A stretch of DNA of 64,000 nucleotides from contig NC_058368.1 of NCBI RefSeq assembly GCF_018350175.1, positions 5,580,001 to 5,644,000 on the forward strand, read 5' to 3'. The notes beneath the pieces are model-generated. The model did not search any database, was not told the origin of the DNA, and saw nothing but the letters and a program-made list of their open reading frames with translations. The DNA is from Felis catus (lineage: Eukaryota). The translations under genes were made by a program, and so were the position numbers. This document shows, in pieces, positions 13,561 to 27,513 of this stretch. Within the stretch, counting starts at the first letter, position 1, and the number at the start of each line of letters is the position of its first letter.

Positions 13561-14130
13561 TTTCAGCAAAGATTATTTCATATTCATGTCATGTATAATG
13601 TATGACATTATATATTTTATATGTATATAGTTATACATAATTATATGTAATATGCAATGTCATACATAACGTATACATATTCTTTCATAAACGCATGTTT
13701 TCCTTATTATTTCGTGAGCATATCTAGGGGACAGGGGCTGCAAAATTGTCTCAGAGCGCTTGCTCGTCAAAGGTTCTGCCTCATCTACACTGGTCAGCTG
13801 TCATTTTGCATCAGTAAGCCCCTCTGTCCCCCCGTCTCTTCTTCTTGGGTGAGTTGGAGGGCGATGTGTCTCACAGTGAGTGTCTGCATGTTACGGGTTT
13901 TCTGTTGGACGAATTTGCATTTCTTTCTTTTCAGGTTCCCTCCATCAGTGCCTGCCAAGTTGTCAGCCATTTCTGCTCCCAACTTTACCCTTCCATCCTC
14001 CTCGCTTGCTTCTTGAGGGGAAACGGCATATGTGTGTACATTGTCCTTCAACCTCAGTTTGCTTGCTGTGGTGAATGGGACAAGGGACCTCAGCCGTGAC
14101 TTGTCCCAGCCTCTAGATTTCTCCCTTGAA

Positions 14131-14345
14131 CGTTTTCTTTTAATGTTTTATTTATTTTTGAGAGGAAGAGAGACAGAGCGTGAGTGGGGGAGGGGCAGAG
14201 AGCGAGGGAGACGCAGAATCCGAAGCAGGCTCCAGGCTCTGAGCTGTCAGCATAGAGCCTGATGCGGGGCTCGAACCCATGAACTGTGAGATCATGACCT
14301 GAGTTGAAGTCGGATGCTTAACCAACCGAGCCACCCAGGCGCCCC
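14131..14345 (-). mobile_element. Feliform SINE
   Basis: TSD tagatttc(t/g)ccctt on both sides; full-length. Confidence 0.94.
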
Positions 14346-14548
14346 TAGATTTCGCCCTTTAAATGAGAGTTGGTCAGCGATTTCTTGGATTGTTGCCCTG
14401 TTTCCTGGAAAATTTTTTACTCTGTAGCTATATTACTCTGCTGTTGGCAGTCCCCCTTGTTTGAGCCTATCTTGTATTATTTCTATTCTGTGTCATGTGT
14501 AGTTTTAATAAAGGCTACCCTATAGTTTCATTGAAAATAGCTGATTCT

Positions 14549-14741
14549 GGGGTGCCTGGGTGGCTCAGTCAGTTAAGCGTCTGACTCTTGATTTCAGTTC
14601 AGGTCATGATCTCACAGTTCTTGAGATCAAGGCCCGCATCAGGCTCTGTGCTGATAGCACAGAGCCTGCTTGGGATTCTTTCCCTCCCTCTCTCTCTTCC
14701 CTTCCCTCCCCAAAATAAATAAGTAAACGTTAAAAAAAAAA
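14549..14741 (+). mobile_element. Carnivore SINE
   Basis: ggggtgcctgggtggctcag head; TSD begins gaaaatagc. Confidence 0.92.
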
Positions 14742-16537
14742 GAAAATAGCCATTTGCTATTTTCAATTACTTTTGCTGTTTTCAGTTGATATTAGGAGAG
14801 GGGAGAGCAGTAGAAATATCACTACCTTCAACAAAAGAATATAAATCAACAGAATTAAGCAATATAATAGTTAAGTGTTCCTTAGGTATTTATCAGTGTT
14901 CGCTCACTTATTTGAATAGGAGAATGTAAAAGTATAACACAATCTTGGGAAAATAAAGTGAAAACTCTTGAAACAGTTTACAAATATGCTTGAATCAGAT
15001 GTGGACCCAGGCTCTCCTCGCGCTAAAAGTTTGGCTGAACTATTGATTACCAAGGCCTCGAGTGGTTGGAAAGCAGTGTGATTGGAATTGTTTTTAGGGA
15101 CAGCTGATATTCGAACAGGTGTTGTAAAAATATTCTGAGTGCAGAACACAGCATAAACTTCTGATTCTTAGTTCCCTGTCAGTGTTTCTTGACAGAGAAC
15201 AGCCAGGCCTCATGGGGGCCTCTTGGGAGACAGTTGGATTTAAGAGTGAATAAGCGTGTGGGAGGACTTTTGAGGGTCCGCAAGGTCAGCAAGCTTATCT
15301 TAGATTTAGGAGGGATCCCTAGTAGTTTTTTGAACTAGGGGATGAGATAATCAAAGCTATGCTTAAGAACACTTCATCTGGCAATTGAATTGAGGTGTAT
15401 TTCATTCGACCCTGTTGGGACTCGGTGAATCCTTTGTACTAGCTATCGCATTCCGTACAGTTGTGCAACACAGGCAACAGTTCCTTTCTCAAGAAGCTGA
15501 TTTTGAAAAATCAGACTCGGCAAAATTTTCGTAGCAGAGTTGGTCTCAACTCTCATTATCATGGGGTGGCTGTTCTGTGTTGCCCGTGTATTTCTCCCAT
15601 AGTAATGGCTTCAGTCTGTCATGATTTTATACCACTAAGGTGAATTCTGTGATTCCCGTGGGATGCTTTAAAGTCTAGCCCCAGATCACTGGAATCCTGT
15701 TGTAGCCCATAAATTTAGATGACTTTTGAAACAGCAGCATGTTGTATTCCGTTCTTCCATATTCGCTCCCTTCTAAATCAGGGTTTTGTCCATCCTCGCA
15801 ATGGCTCACCCTTTTTCTGTTGCACTGTCATTGCTGCACATCTTCTCCTGGTTATGCCCGTCTGATGGCTCCTTCTCTAACAGATTTTTATCCCCTGGTA
15901 TTTTGCTCTGCAGTTGTTTTTATGTCAGTCTTGCTTAATCAATTAGAATTATAGTCTACTTGAAGACATAAATAATCGTCTACATTTTATTATTTATTTA
16001 TGCACCCATGTTACTCAAGAAGATGATTTGAGCATGTTCCTTTTGTATTACTATGTTTTGACCTTTGCTGAGGTGGTGGACGTTTGATTGAGGAGGGTCA
16101 CTATTTTATGAGCTAAGAACATAAGTGACCAACAGAGGAGTTTTTGTTGTTTTTTTATTTATGATTTTTATCTGTTTGAAAGTCCTGCAAAGATAAATCA
16201 CCTTTATCAAATCCACTCCATGGGGAAAAAGAACACGAATTCTGAGACTCTTCCAGTCAATGAGAAAGTGTTGCCACGAAACATATTCGATGTAAATGAA
16301 ATATAAGTTGCTTTTCTGTAAAGATGTACATATTACCTCTTAAAATTGATGTATGCGTTAAATATAAATTTTCCTTAAAATACCAGTACCCATAATATCG
16401 GGAACTTGTTTTTTATGGAAGAACGACCACCATGTCCTGTGGTTCTTTATCCCTCAGCAGCTGTGTCCAGCTGGTGGTCCACATTCCCCCCACTCCTTCT
16501 TCAGTGAATGGAAACATTTAGGTCAATATTGATATAA

Positions 16538-16828
<291 letters not shown>

Positions 16829-18676
16829 TAGCAGATCATTCTTGAATAACCCCATGAAATTATTAACCCATATATCTTGATAATAGACCCTTGTTACCTC
16901 CTGACTAAATGCCTGCACAACATTTCCATGTTTTTAGCTCAAGTAAAAATTTCTGAGCTACATCTAAGCCTATTCCGCTTCGTAATTTTATTTCTGAATT
17001 CTTAAACATAGATAATGCGTGTAGAGTATGTAACCCGGTGTCCATTTTGTCCTTCTTAGAAGAGTATCTGTCCTTGTGGGAGAATGTTGTCTTCCACAGC
17101 TAGTGCTGCAATAATGAATGCTGACTTCCAGCTCCCATGGTGAATGATACTCAGCTTGTTTGGCATTTTTCATGATTTTGGAGTTCTTTTTTCATTACCT
17201 CGCTATAGTGGATTCAAAAGCTAGAAAGAAATAGAAGCCATAAGCCCAAATGGCGAAGTGTAGCTACTTAGCTGTTTTTCTGGCAGGAAGAACCAGGGTG
17301 CTGTAGCCTGGTGCTCTAGAGACCCCAGTACGCAACATCGCGAGTTGCGCTTTCCCACTTCTTCTGGACGCTAACTCTGGCATCGCCTGCCCTGTGGGAG
17401 TTTGTAGTCAGAAACAGCCATCATAGGAAGCTACAGATGGAACTTACCAGACATACAGTGTACATTGTGGGGCTATAAATATTTATACCTTGTATATACA
17501 TTTTTGGCTGGATGTTCTAGTCATCGGCTCACACAATCTTTTTTTTTCTTCTTCTTTTTCAGTAGCTACCGTGCAAGGTTCCAGGTATAAAATGCTGCAT
17601 ATGATAGGTTGCCCCAGCCCTGTGTAGCTTGACGGGATAAGAGGGTCAAATGGGTAGACTAAGCTGCCACTGGGCCTGAGTTCAGATCTGATCTTGGGTT
17701 TAAACAGTCTTGGTGAGTTAGTCGGTGTGCTGCTAGCTGCTAAGTATGCTGGCACATTTATCGCTAATGCGTAGGCTCAAAAGGCAAAGGTGACAGGTGG
17801 TGAGAGTGGGGCCGAATCAATGCCCGTTTCTCACCTGTGCTGGAACAGCTGTTCTAACTCACCTACCACATGGATAGCGGCTCAAGGACCTCCCCTCGGA
17901 CAGATTGCTAACTTTGCAGGACCTAAAACTGTTTGGGGCAGATGAAAATTAGTCTCTGCTCCATAATGATTTAGTGCTGGAAGGGGCCACATCCATGCCC
18001 GCATACGGATTTATAAATAGGAAGCTGAGGCCCGTGAGACTCTGCTTGAGAGCTAAGGACTGGTGTAGTGTCGCCTGGTTGGATGATGCGTGGAGGTCAG
18101 CCCCCCTTTTGTGTTCAGGCCTGAGAGCTGGATTCTTTACTTAGCTGTGTGCAGCCGTGGACAATTCACATCAATCCAACAAACTTGCGTTGAGGGCCTG
18201 CTATGCATAAGATGCTGATAGGCTTGGACAGTGTTGGTCAGAATGTGGTCCTCACACCGCTTAACCAGGATTTGTGTGAAGATGCGGACGCCTGAGCCCC
18301 ATCAGAGCTTCTCAGAGATAGTGAGAACACAAAAGTTTGAACACAGTTTTTTAACGATGGTTGTGCATATGAAAGGTTACGACCCACGGTGACCTTTGAT
18401 CCCTAGGGCTGAAGATGTGTTGTGTGCTCTTTTTGTCCCCCAGACTATAGAAAGGAGGATATTGCACTAGAGAAGTAAATTTCAAGGTAAAATGGCCCTG
18501 CACGTCTGTCACTAAGACCACAGCACAGGTGTTGGAGGGAGCCACCATGCAGAGCTGGGACAGTCAAGGATCTGTGAAGTCAGAGGGGTTCTGGCCTCCA
18601 GAAGTCAGTCATGCTGGAAGGGCCAAACCTTTTGAGAACATGGAAGTTTGTCCCTATAGAAATTGTTTTGGTAACT

Positions 18677-18902
18677 TTAAAAAAAAATTTCTTTTTTAAT
18701 GTTTATTTTTGAGAGAGAGAGAGAGAGAGAGAGAGCACTAGTGGGGGAGGGACAGAGAGAGAGGGAGACACAGAATCCAAAGCAGGCTCCAGGCCCTGAG
18801 CTGTCAGCACAGAGCACGACACGGGGCTCGAACTCACAGACCGTGAGACCATGACCTGAGCCAAAGTCGGACGCCCAACCAACTGAGCTACCCAGGCTCC
18901 CC
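18677..18902 (-). mobile_element. Feliform SINE
   Basis: TSD tgttYtggtaaYttt; (GA)n segment. Confidence 0.94.
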
Positions 18903-18904
18903 TG

Positions 18905-19370
18905 TTCTGGTAATTTTTGTTTGAAATAAATTGAAACTAAGAGAAATATTGCAAAAAGAGTACGAAGAACTCCTGTATTCACATTCATCGATTATTACCA
19001 TTTTGCCCTCATGTGCATTTCTCTCTCCTTACACGTGCATATGTGCAAACGCCCGCCAAGGGCACGCATGCACACACCCACAAGCACGCATGTGCACGCA
19101 CGCACCCCCACAGGCCCTCATGCATACACACACACCAACACAATTATTTTTGAACCAGTTGAAAATAAGACATCAGGCTTCTTACTGCTTGATGCTTTGG
19201 AACACAGTCGCTAAGACCATTCTCTTATATAACCACAGTCTAATGATCAAAATCTAAAATTTAGAATGGATATGGTACTATTCTCTGATCCTTATTAGTT
19301 CATATTCCAGTTTTGCCATTGTTGTTCCAATAATGTCCTAGTTAGCAGTTTTTTTTTTTCCCCACTCCTG
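18905..19370 (-). mobile_element. Old L1 3' UTR fragment (L1MC-like) containing a degenerate CA/RY tract at 19030-19135
   Basis: Motifs such as attctcttatataaccacag and ttttgccattg..ccaataatgtcc resemble recalled L1MC 3' ends. Confidence 0.55.
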
Positions 19371-19709
19371 CCTCAGTGCACAGAGACCCAGTACAAGGGT
19401 CTCTGAGTTTGGGACAGTTTGGGACGTCTGAGACGTTCACTAGTGACCCCTGTGTTGGGCTGGATTTCCTCTTTCCATTTTCTGCAAACAGCATTTCTGT
19501 CTTACTTTTTCTTCTTCTGTATATGCTCTTTAGATTTGATTCCCCAGGCCAGCTAAAGTAGCAAGTCATGGTTTATCATAGCAGATTAAATAGCATAAAA
19601 ACTGACCCGAAACTCTTAAATCTCTCCAAATAATGAACGAATGCCATCCATTGGATTCCCATCATATCTATAGTCAAATTTCTACATCATTTTATTTTAT
19701 AGTGACAAG

Positions 19710-22190
19710 AACCACCATGATCAGATGGATTTCAGCTAGATTTCATCTCTTATTTTATTGAGGTAACTCTTAATGTGCTTTAAACTGTTTGAAAAATTAT
19801 CTTATTTGATCTTATCAAGCCAGCATCATTTGAAGGAAAAAACTATGGGCCAGCCTCATTTGTAAACAGAAATATAAAAATTCTAAATAAATTATCAGCA
19901 AATAGAGTTCAAGAGTGTATCAAAAGAGTAAAATATTTGACCAAGTAGGATTTATTTCAGGAATACAGGAGGTTCAAAATTTTTAAATCTTTCTGAATAT
20001 CAACAAAAGAAAAAAGAAAAACATGATCCCATCAGTGGATGCTGAGAAAGTATTTGAGGCAAGTCAGCTGCCACTCCCCAAATAAGGACTCTTAAGTAAA
20101 ATGGGAAAGAAAGAAGCCAATTAACTATAATCCAGACTATTTATTAAAAAAAAAAAACAGTAGCATATTACCATAAATGGTAAAATTCTTAAACTATTTC
20201 ATTTTAAATAAGAAATTAGTCAGGGATGCCTGAAATCACTATATAATTCAGCACTGGCTTTGGAATTTTCAGCAATTGCCAAGAAAATTTAAAAACTATT
20301 ACTAGAAAAAAAATGACTTCTGTGCTTATACAAATATGCACACAAAAAGTGGCCTTTTAAATGTGTTCACATATGGCTGTATATCTATAAAACCCCAAAC
20401 ATATCAATAAATACTAGAATTATAAGAGAATTCATAAGGTGACTAGATCCATAACCAATAACTTCTTTCTATCCTAACAATCGATAGCTTTTTTAACTCT
20501 AGCAAGGAGACTTAGAAATGCAAAGGAGTAGTAATTCCTTTCATATACATTGTGTAGGAGTAATTTTTATAGTACCAAATAGAAAAAGAAATCCAAAACC
20601 TTACTGAAGTATACAAAATAGAGGAGAACAGCTAGCAAGGGATATTATTCTCTTGTATGAGAAGACAGTGTCATAAAAAAAAAAAACTCCTCTAAATTGA
20701 TACATAAATATGTGTATTCCAAATAGAATCCCAGTGATTGGGGCCCGGGGAGGGGGGGAAGTTGCTCAAAATGATATCGAAGTATAAGTGAAATTAACAA
20801 GTACTTGAGAACAAATACACAGAGTACAAAAAAAGAATCACAAGGGTCAACTTCTTGTCACTAAACATCAGACAATATTGGGGTACCTGGGCAGCTCAGT
20901 TGGTTGAGTGACCGACTTTGGCTCAGGTCGTGATCTCATGGCTCATGAGTTCAAGCCCCGCATCAGGCTCTCTGCTGACAGCTCAGAGCCTGGAGCCTGC
21001 TTCGGATTCTGTGTCTCCCTCTCTCTCTGCCCCTCCCCCTCTCACTCTCTGTCTCTCTGTCTCTGTCTCTCTCAAAGAATAAATAAACATTAAAAAAAAA
21101 ATTTTTTTTTAAACTTCAGACCATACTATAAACCTGTTGTAACCAAATCAATATGATCCTTACATGAAACTGCATCAATAAGTTAGAGAATCCAGAAGTA
21201 AATTCCAGTTTGGGATTCCAGATCTACAATATGTGAGAATTAAATAAACGTCAAAGGTGCTATTTTAGGAAGAGTTTGGATTAATTGTGTTCTGACAACT
21301 GGCTCTTTATTTGGAAAAAATAAAATAAAATTGGATGCCTATCTTATACCACATAGATAAATAAATTCCAGATTCGTTAAGACTTACATGTGGAAAGTGA
21401 AACTGTAAGATTCCTGCAAGAAATTCCTAAAAACTTTGATAACAATAATTGGGCACTCAAAGCTATTCTTGACCATAGAAGACTTAAGCGCTTTTATATG
21501 ACAAGAGAAACCATAAAGAAAGCCAGGAGACAGTGCATCTGGATTAAAGACAGAGTTGGTATCTGTTATACTCCAAGTACTCTTAAAAAGTGGATAAACC
21601 ACAAGTAGAAAATGGACAAAGGACCTGACTAGACCGTTCACAGAATTGCAAACCCAAATGTCCAACAAATATATAAAAACACGCTGACACGTGTTGGTAG
21701 TCAGGGAAATGTAAGTTTCCTTTTAGGTAAGAATTAATATCTTTAATTTTTTAGCCTGGAGGATATTAAATGTAACACCCAGTGCTGCTGGGGAAGCAGG
21801 GACAAGATTACTGTTGTCCTTCATGAAGGGAAGGGTAAATGATTGGAAACTTTTTTGGAAACCACTGAGCAAACGTCTTGTAAAATTTGACATGTATCTT
21901 TTTACCCTGCAACCCTATTTCTGGGAATCCTTCCCACAGAAATAAAAGATAAAGGTATCTTTGTTATGATACATTATGGACGTTTATTACGTAATGTGTG
22001 CGGAAACAAAGGAATACCTATCTGTAGGCGAATGGCTGAAAAAATACGGAGCCTCCGTATTATGAATCACTGTGTGGGGGGGACAAATACTGCTTTAGTG
22101 TCAAACCCAGGGGACATGTGAAGCATCCCATGATGTATTGTTTTGCGAGAAAAATACGAAGAAAAATTTGTTTCTATAAAACAGAGAATG
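19710..22190 (+). mobile_element. Highly decayed LINE-1 ORF2/3' region, interrupted by a SINE
   Basis: gaccaagtaggatttatttcaggaatacagg (RT-region DQVGFI), aaaattggatgcctatcttataccaca..aaataaattccaga; A-rich. Confidence 0.8.
20880..21110 (+). mobile_element. Feliform SINE nested in L1
   Basis: Full-length; degenerate TSD aaacatcagacaata/aaacttcagaccata. Confidence 0.93.
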
Positions 22191-22367
22191 GGGGCGCCTG
22201 GGTGGCTCCCTCGGTTAAGCGTCCAACTTCGTCTCAGGTCATGATCTCACAGTTTGTGAGTTGGAGCCTTGCATCAAGCCCTGTGCTGACAGCTCGGAGC
22301 CTGGAGCCTCCTTCAGATTCTGTGTCTCCCTCTCTCTCTGCCCCTCCCCTGCTCATGCGCGCACTCA

Positions 22368-22426
<59 letters not shown>

Positions 22427-22460
22427 AAAAATAAGTAAACATTAAAAAGAATTTAAAAAA
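22191..22460 (+). mobile_element. Feliform SINE with expanded (CT)n
   Basis: ggggcgcctgggtggctc head, long CT tract 22370-22426, A tail. Confidence 0.94.
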
Positions 22461-23399
22461 CAACGACAACAAAGAATGATCTATGTGTGTGGTGTGTTAA
22501 AGCAGGGTGAGAATATGATAGGTCCTACTGGGGGGTTGGCCACTGGCGAAGGGGGGACGATGTGAAGTGGGTGGAAAGTCCCGTAAAAAAGGAGAAGCAG
22601 CAGTAAGGACGGGAACGTGAAGCACGCGTGAAAGCACATCTAAGCGGAACAACGAGGGTGGGTGGACGTACAGCTGTGCGCGGGTTCTGAGATGTTGGCT
22701 GGGAGCACCTCCCTTAAACAGGTAACTTGTGTTATTGTGAGAGGGCCGAGTGCCAGCCCTCTCGATCCTCTTATCCTTGAAATCTGGAGGAGGTTGAGAC
22801 GATCCCCAGGGCCGTTTTCCTTTCTGCTCCAGGGTGGACGAGGATCATGGGAGTTTTGTGGGCCTTATTCCACCACATCTCTGATTGTTTTATCCTAATA
22901 GATTTGGAAAAGGCCTATTTATCTGGACTTGGGCTCCGGGTAGCTGGTGACACAGAGCTCTCAGAGACACGCATCCCGTTCCCACGGGCTTGAGAGTTTG
23001 CTGGGTTTGCGGGCAGGGATTTGCTCGGTGCTGATGCTGAGCAGTGAGTGACCCGGCCTGTGACCTCTTCCCAGAACCACGTAAGAGAATGACCTTCCTT
23101 TCCGGGCTGAAATGGCATGCTGAGTCCCAATTTCTTCTTTAGGATCCGGCTCTCTCTTTCCCAGACGCAGTCAGGAGCGTGCCAGTCCCCTGTAGATTAC
23201 AGGTAAAGGTCGTGGTCTCAGCAGGCACCAGGAGACTCGTCGTGGCAGGTTGCTCTGTCTCCTTCCCAGCCTCGTCTTGTGCCACGTCCTCAGCCAGCCA
23301 CCGTGCCGGAAGTCTCAGGAGTCCTCACCCCACCCCCGGACGTGCCACCTGTGTTCCTGCCTGAAGCTTTGCGAGGGGTGCCCGTTTCACGGGAGCGTT

Positions 23400-23745
23400 C
23401 CCTTCTGCGCCCCTCTCCCCGGCCTCCCCCTTCATCCCGCCAAATCCCGTAGGTCCAGTACCCTACAGGTCAGGCACTCTTTGGTCCCAGAACCCTTTCC
23501 TGACTTTCCCTTCTCCTTCCCCACCGTCTCCCCCATGAGTGGTTTCGCAGAGCACCGACTCGTAGGTGTTTATTTATACGCCGGCTGCCTGCCGCCCGTC
23601 TCCAGCCCTACAGTAGACAGAGCTCCTGCGGGTCAGGGACCTGCTTCTCCTCCTCCTCCTTCTGTACATATTCCTGGTGCTTATCGCGGCGTCTGGCCCA
23701 TAATTCATTCCCGAGAAATGTCTGTCAGATGAATAAATGGGTGAA
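23400..23745 (+). mobile_element. L2 3' end fragment
   Basis: Ends ..aaatgtctgtcagatgaataaatgggtgaa, like the L2 (TGAA)n tail. Confidence 0.55.
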
Positions 23746-24056
23746 GTACCTCGTGCTTCCTGAAATTTGAGTATAAAGTCAGGATGGGAAGTTGTAAAAT
23801 CGCGCCTCGGCGACGCTAACAGGAAGGCGCGGCACCCCACAAAGCCACCGAAACCACCGCTCGCTTGACAAAGGCAGGTAGTTGTTAATTGAACGTGGTT
23901 TCTTAGCTAATCAGGTATTTATGGTGTTGTGTTTCGCGTCCAGTGCATTCGTTTTATGCTGATGGAGTAACAAGTAAAAACGGTCTCTCGTGTATTCTCT
24001 TTGTTTGGAGGGTGCCTGGGGAGCTGTGAATCACTGAGGCTCAGGTCTGGACTTGA

Positions 24057-24392
<336 letters not shown>

Positions 24393-26011
24393 TAGCCAGC
24401 CGGTGAACCCCAGATGCCGAGTCGGAAAGGAAGCTTCCGCGTTGCACATTCAGTTCCTGTTTGCCGACTCCCTTGCTCTTGTCCCCGTGTGCCTTTGACA
24501 TTGGTCTGGCCAGCGGCGCCCATGGCCCTGGGTCCTGTGGGATCAGCCGTCAGAGACACCCCTTCCCTTCATAAAGCCCCGCGATGAGGCCGGTGGGGGG
24601 CTTCCCTAAAGGAGCCTTCTCGCCATCTGTGGCTTGGTTTCTCAGTTAATAGAAAAGGTTTCTTTAGTCAGTGAGTAGAATTGGCCAGATGTCAACACGG
24701 GAATCAAGGCAGTGGTGGGTATTTCTTTTTCAGCCTGGATAATCAACCAGAAGAGAGAAGGCACCTAGACCTAAAAGATGCCTAAAAGGCACCTAGACCT
24801 AAGCAGTCCTGCAGAGGGCCGAGCGGAAGCTGGGTTAGGCTAGGTGTTGCCGGGATTCTGCCGTCAAGCCTGGCAAAGGGGACCTCCCAGGGTCTGCCAG
24901 TCACAGCTAAGCAGCCGGGTGGTTGAGTCTCGCTGGCCAGAAGGGAAGACCCGTGCCTGGTTTGGTGCAGGATGCCTCCTTTGCCATGTTTCTGTCTTAG
25001 ATTTTTGTGCAGGAGGGGATTAGGGGGTTGAAACAGAGGTTCATTTTAACATTTTAACAGCGGTCGGTTAAAATACAGGGCGCTGGTTGTGTGCATGATT
25101 TGCTTGGGTAGCCACCGGGGCCTTGGTAAGGGTGACAGAGGGTGAGACTTATTTGCAGACACCTTGAAGATTTTTTTTTTTTTCTTTTGAGGGGATAGGT
25201 GAGGAGGTCAGGGAAAAGGCAGGAAAAAAAATGAACTTTTCAAATGGGAAAATCCCATTGTCTTATCATTTTTTTTTCATTATTGTCTGTCTCCCCACCA
25301 CTACTTAGGATCAAACTATAGGACAGTCCCCGGAACGATCTGTAGATGTTTGAATAAACTCAAGCTGGTGTCAGTATGGTAGTTCGGTTCATCTCAGTAG
25401 TTAAAGAGATCCTCGAAATGCATTTGTGAAACTCTGGTTTGGAAGAAACTAAACTTTGCGTTCTCTTGTTTGACCTTTCAAGTGTTAAAGAGTTTTAAAC
25501 GTGCATGATACTAACCAAACTCCTAGAAGTGAGCGAGTTGCACGGGAGGGATTTCAAAAAGCAAAACAAAACAGTGAGAGCGCGGTGTAGGAATCCACAT
25601 TTAAGGCGTTTTCAGTGTTTTCAAAACATTTCTGTCTCTTGTTAACAATTTTGACCTAATACCCTTCTCTTTCTAGATGATTGTAAAATTGCATTGTCTT
25701 TTTTATGATTATTTAAAAAAAGGATTGTAATTCATTTTTTTGGATGTGGACAGATTGTATATTGCTCTATGTATACGGCCATATACATTCAGGTCTTTGT
25801 AGTAAGGCGATATTATCTGGAGATCGTCCAGTCATTTGTACGTAAAAACGAGGAAATAGGTATTTTTTTTTTTTTAACTTCAAGAATAATACGGTGCTTC
25901 TGCAGCGACGCAGCGCCCTGCCAGTATCCTTCGCAATGAGCCGTCTGTTGAGTTGCGCAGAGGTCAAGAGTTGTGGGCAGCTCCTGACTCCCTTGGTTTG
26001 TTTCCCCTTAG

Positions 26012-26090
26012 GTTTTCTGGGGTCACTGCGTCAACGCCTTGGTCCACTCCCTCATCCTCTTCTGGTTTCCCATGAAGGCGCTGGAGCACG
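26012..26090 (+). CDS. ATP8A2: ATP8A2 coding exon (approx. exon 30), [26 protein letters not shown]+G; M7
   Basis: tttccccttag| acceptor, CACG|gtaaca donor; 79 nt, phase 0-1; not captured in frame by the ORF track. Confidence 0.95.
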
Positions 26091-27303
26091 GTAACAGCCT
26101 CATGACCTCAACTGTCAGCAAGTAGCTCTGCGGTCCCCCTGGTGCCAGTTGTTCACGATTCCCCCCCCCCGCCCCCCCCCCCGGTTCTGCAGACCTAGAG
26201 ATCACAAGAACACGTTTTAGAAGAAAACCGTACCTAAAATCCAATGAGAGCGAGGGCTCAGGTTTATAGCTTGTAGGTTTCATCCATTCTGGCTCCGAGA
26301 GCCCGTTTTCTTTCCAGTTGCCCGGAGAGTTTAAATGCTAGGAATTCTAAACTTTATTTCTAATAACCGTCTGAGGCGAGGATCTCGAAGCAAAGCACGG
26401 CACTGTAATGAAACATCGATGCCTCCCGTCCACGAGTTTGACGTTTTCGGTTAATTACTTGGGCTTTCGTTTTCCACCCTCACGGACCTATATGCAGAGT
26501 AACTCAAATCTCGTGAGAGCCTAACCTCACACCCCATTTCCTGAAAGAGTTGCCTTTCCTTGACATACGCGTTTCAAGCAAACTGTTAAGGTTTGCGGAC
26601 TGATTCTCTCGACTGGGTTCAGTCCTCCCTCCAGCTGGAAGAGGGCATGTGAGAAATGCAGCTGACTCAATGTATCCAAAATGTTTCCTCCTAAGGAGAG
26701 ACACATCTTTTAGTCCCAGAAAAGGAAAATGTATCATGAGAATGCTTCTCTTTCATCCCTGTCAAATAGTAATAATCCCCCGGGGAAAAATTACTCCAAA
26801 TGTTGACTAGACAAGGCCTTTTATTGTTCAGAGAACCAAAGAATATAAAGCCTACAAGCCTCTTTGTTTCTGTGTCAATGTGTTTTGTGCTTCAAACAGA
26901 AATGATTCATCCTCGCTGATAGTCTTTAGCCTATTAAATACTGACAGTTGGAGAAAATGCATGCACAGCCAATTTATTATACCCTATGACCTGTTCTCTG
27001 AGTCTCATCAGACCTCCTTGTCCTGGAAGGGTCCCTAAGTCTCCAGATCAGAAAATAAAATGTCCTGTTTCCAGACCCACCCCCACAAGGGACATTCTAG
27101 CAGAATCGTGTCCTTTTAACTCTAAAGCTTTCCTGTGATTCATTTTTACTCAGAGTAGATCTTCACATATTTTGAATGAGCAGGGGTTCCAAAGAGTGCT
27201 GAATGTGGTTTGTTGTAGAAGCCCTGCCAATTTGGTGATAGAAGCAGCCATCACTGTGTCAGGACGGACTGGCAATGGGAAGCATGGGAACAATTTTGGG
27301 GGG

Positions 27304-27458
27304 GGGGCGCCTGGGTGGCTCAGTTGGTCAAGCATCCGACCCTTGATTTGGGCTCAGGTCATGACCTTGTGGTTTGTGAGATCGAGCCCCACGTCAGGCT
27401 CTGAATGGACAGCATGGGGCCTACTTGGGATTCCCTTTCTCCCTCCCTCCCTCTGCCC

Positions 27459-27495
<37 letters not shown>

Positions 27496-27513
27496 ATAAA
27501 TAAATAGTAAAAA
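27304..27513 (+). mobile_element. Carnivore SINE
   Basis: Head, CT tract, A tail; TSD aacaattttgg. Confidence 0.93.

Noticed and set aside
25092..25516. TGCATG (RBFOX) and ACTAAC (QKI) motifs in the short intron
   Set aside because: Hexamers at about chance frequency and far from splice sites; no evidence the exons are alternative.
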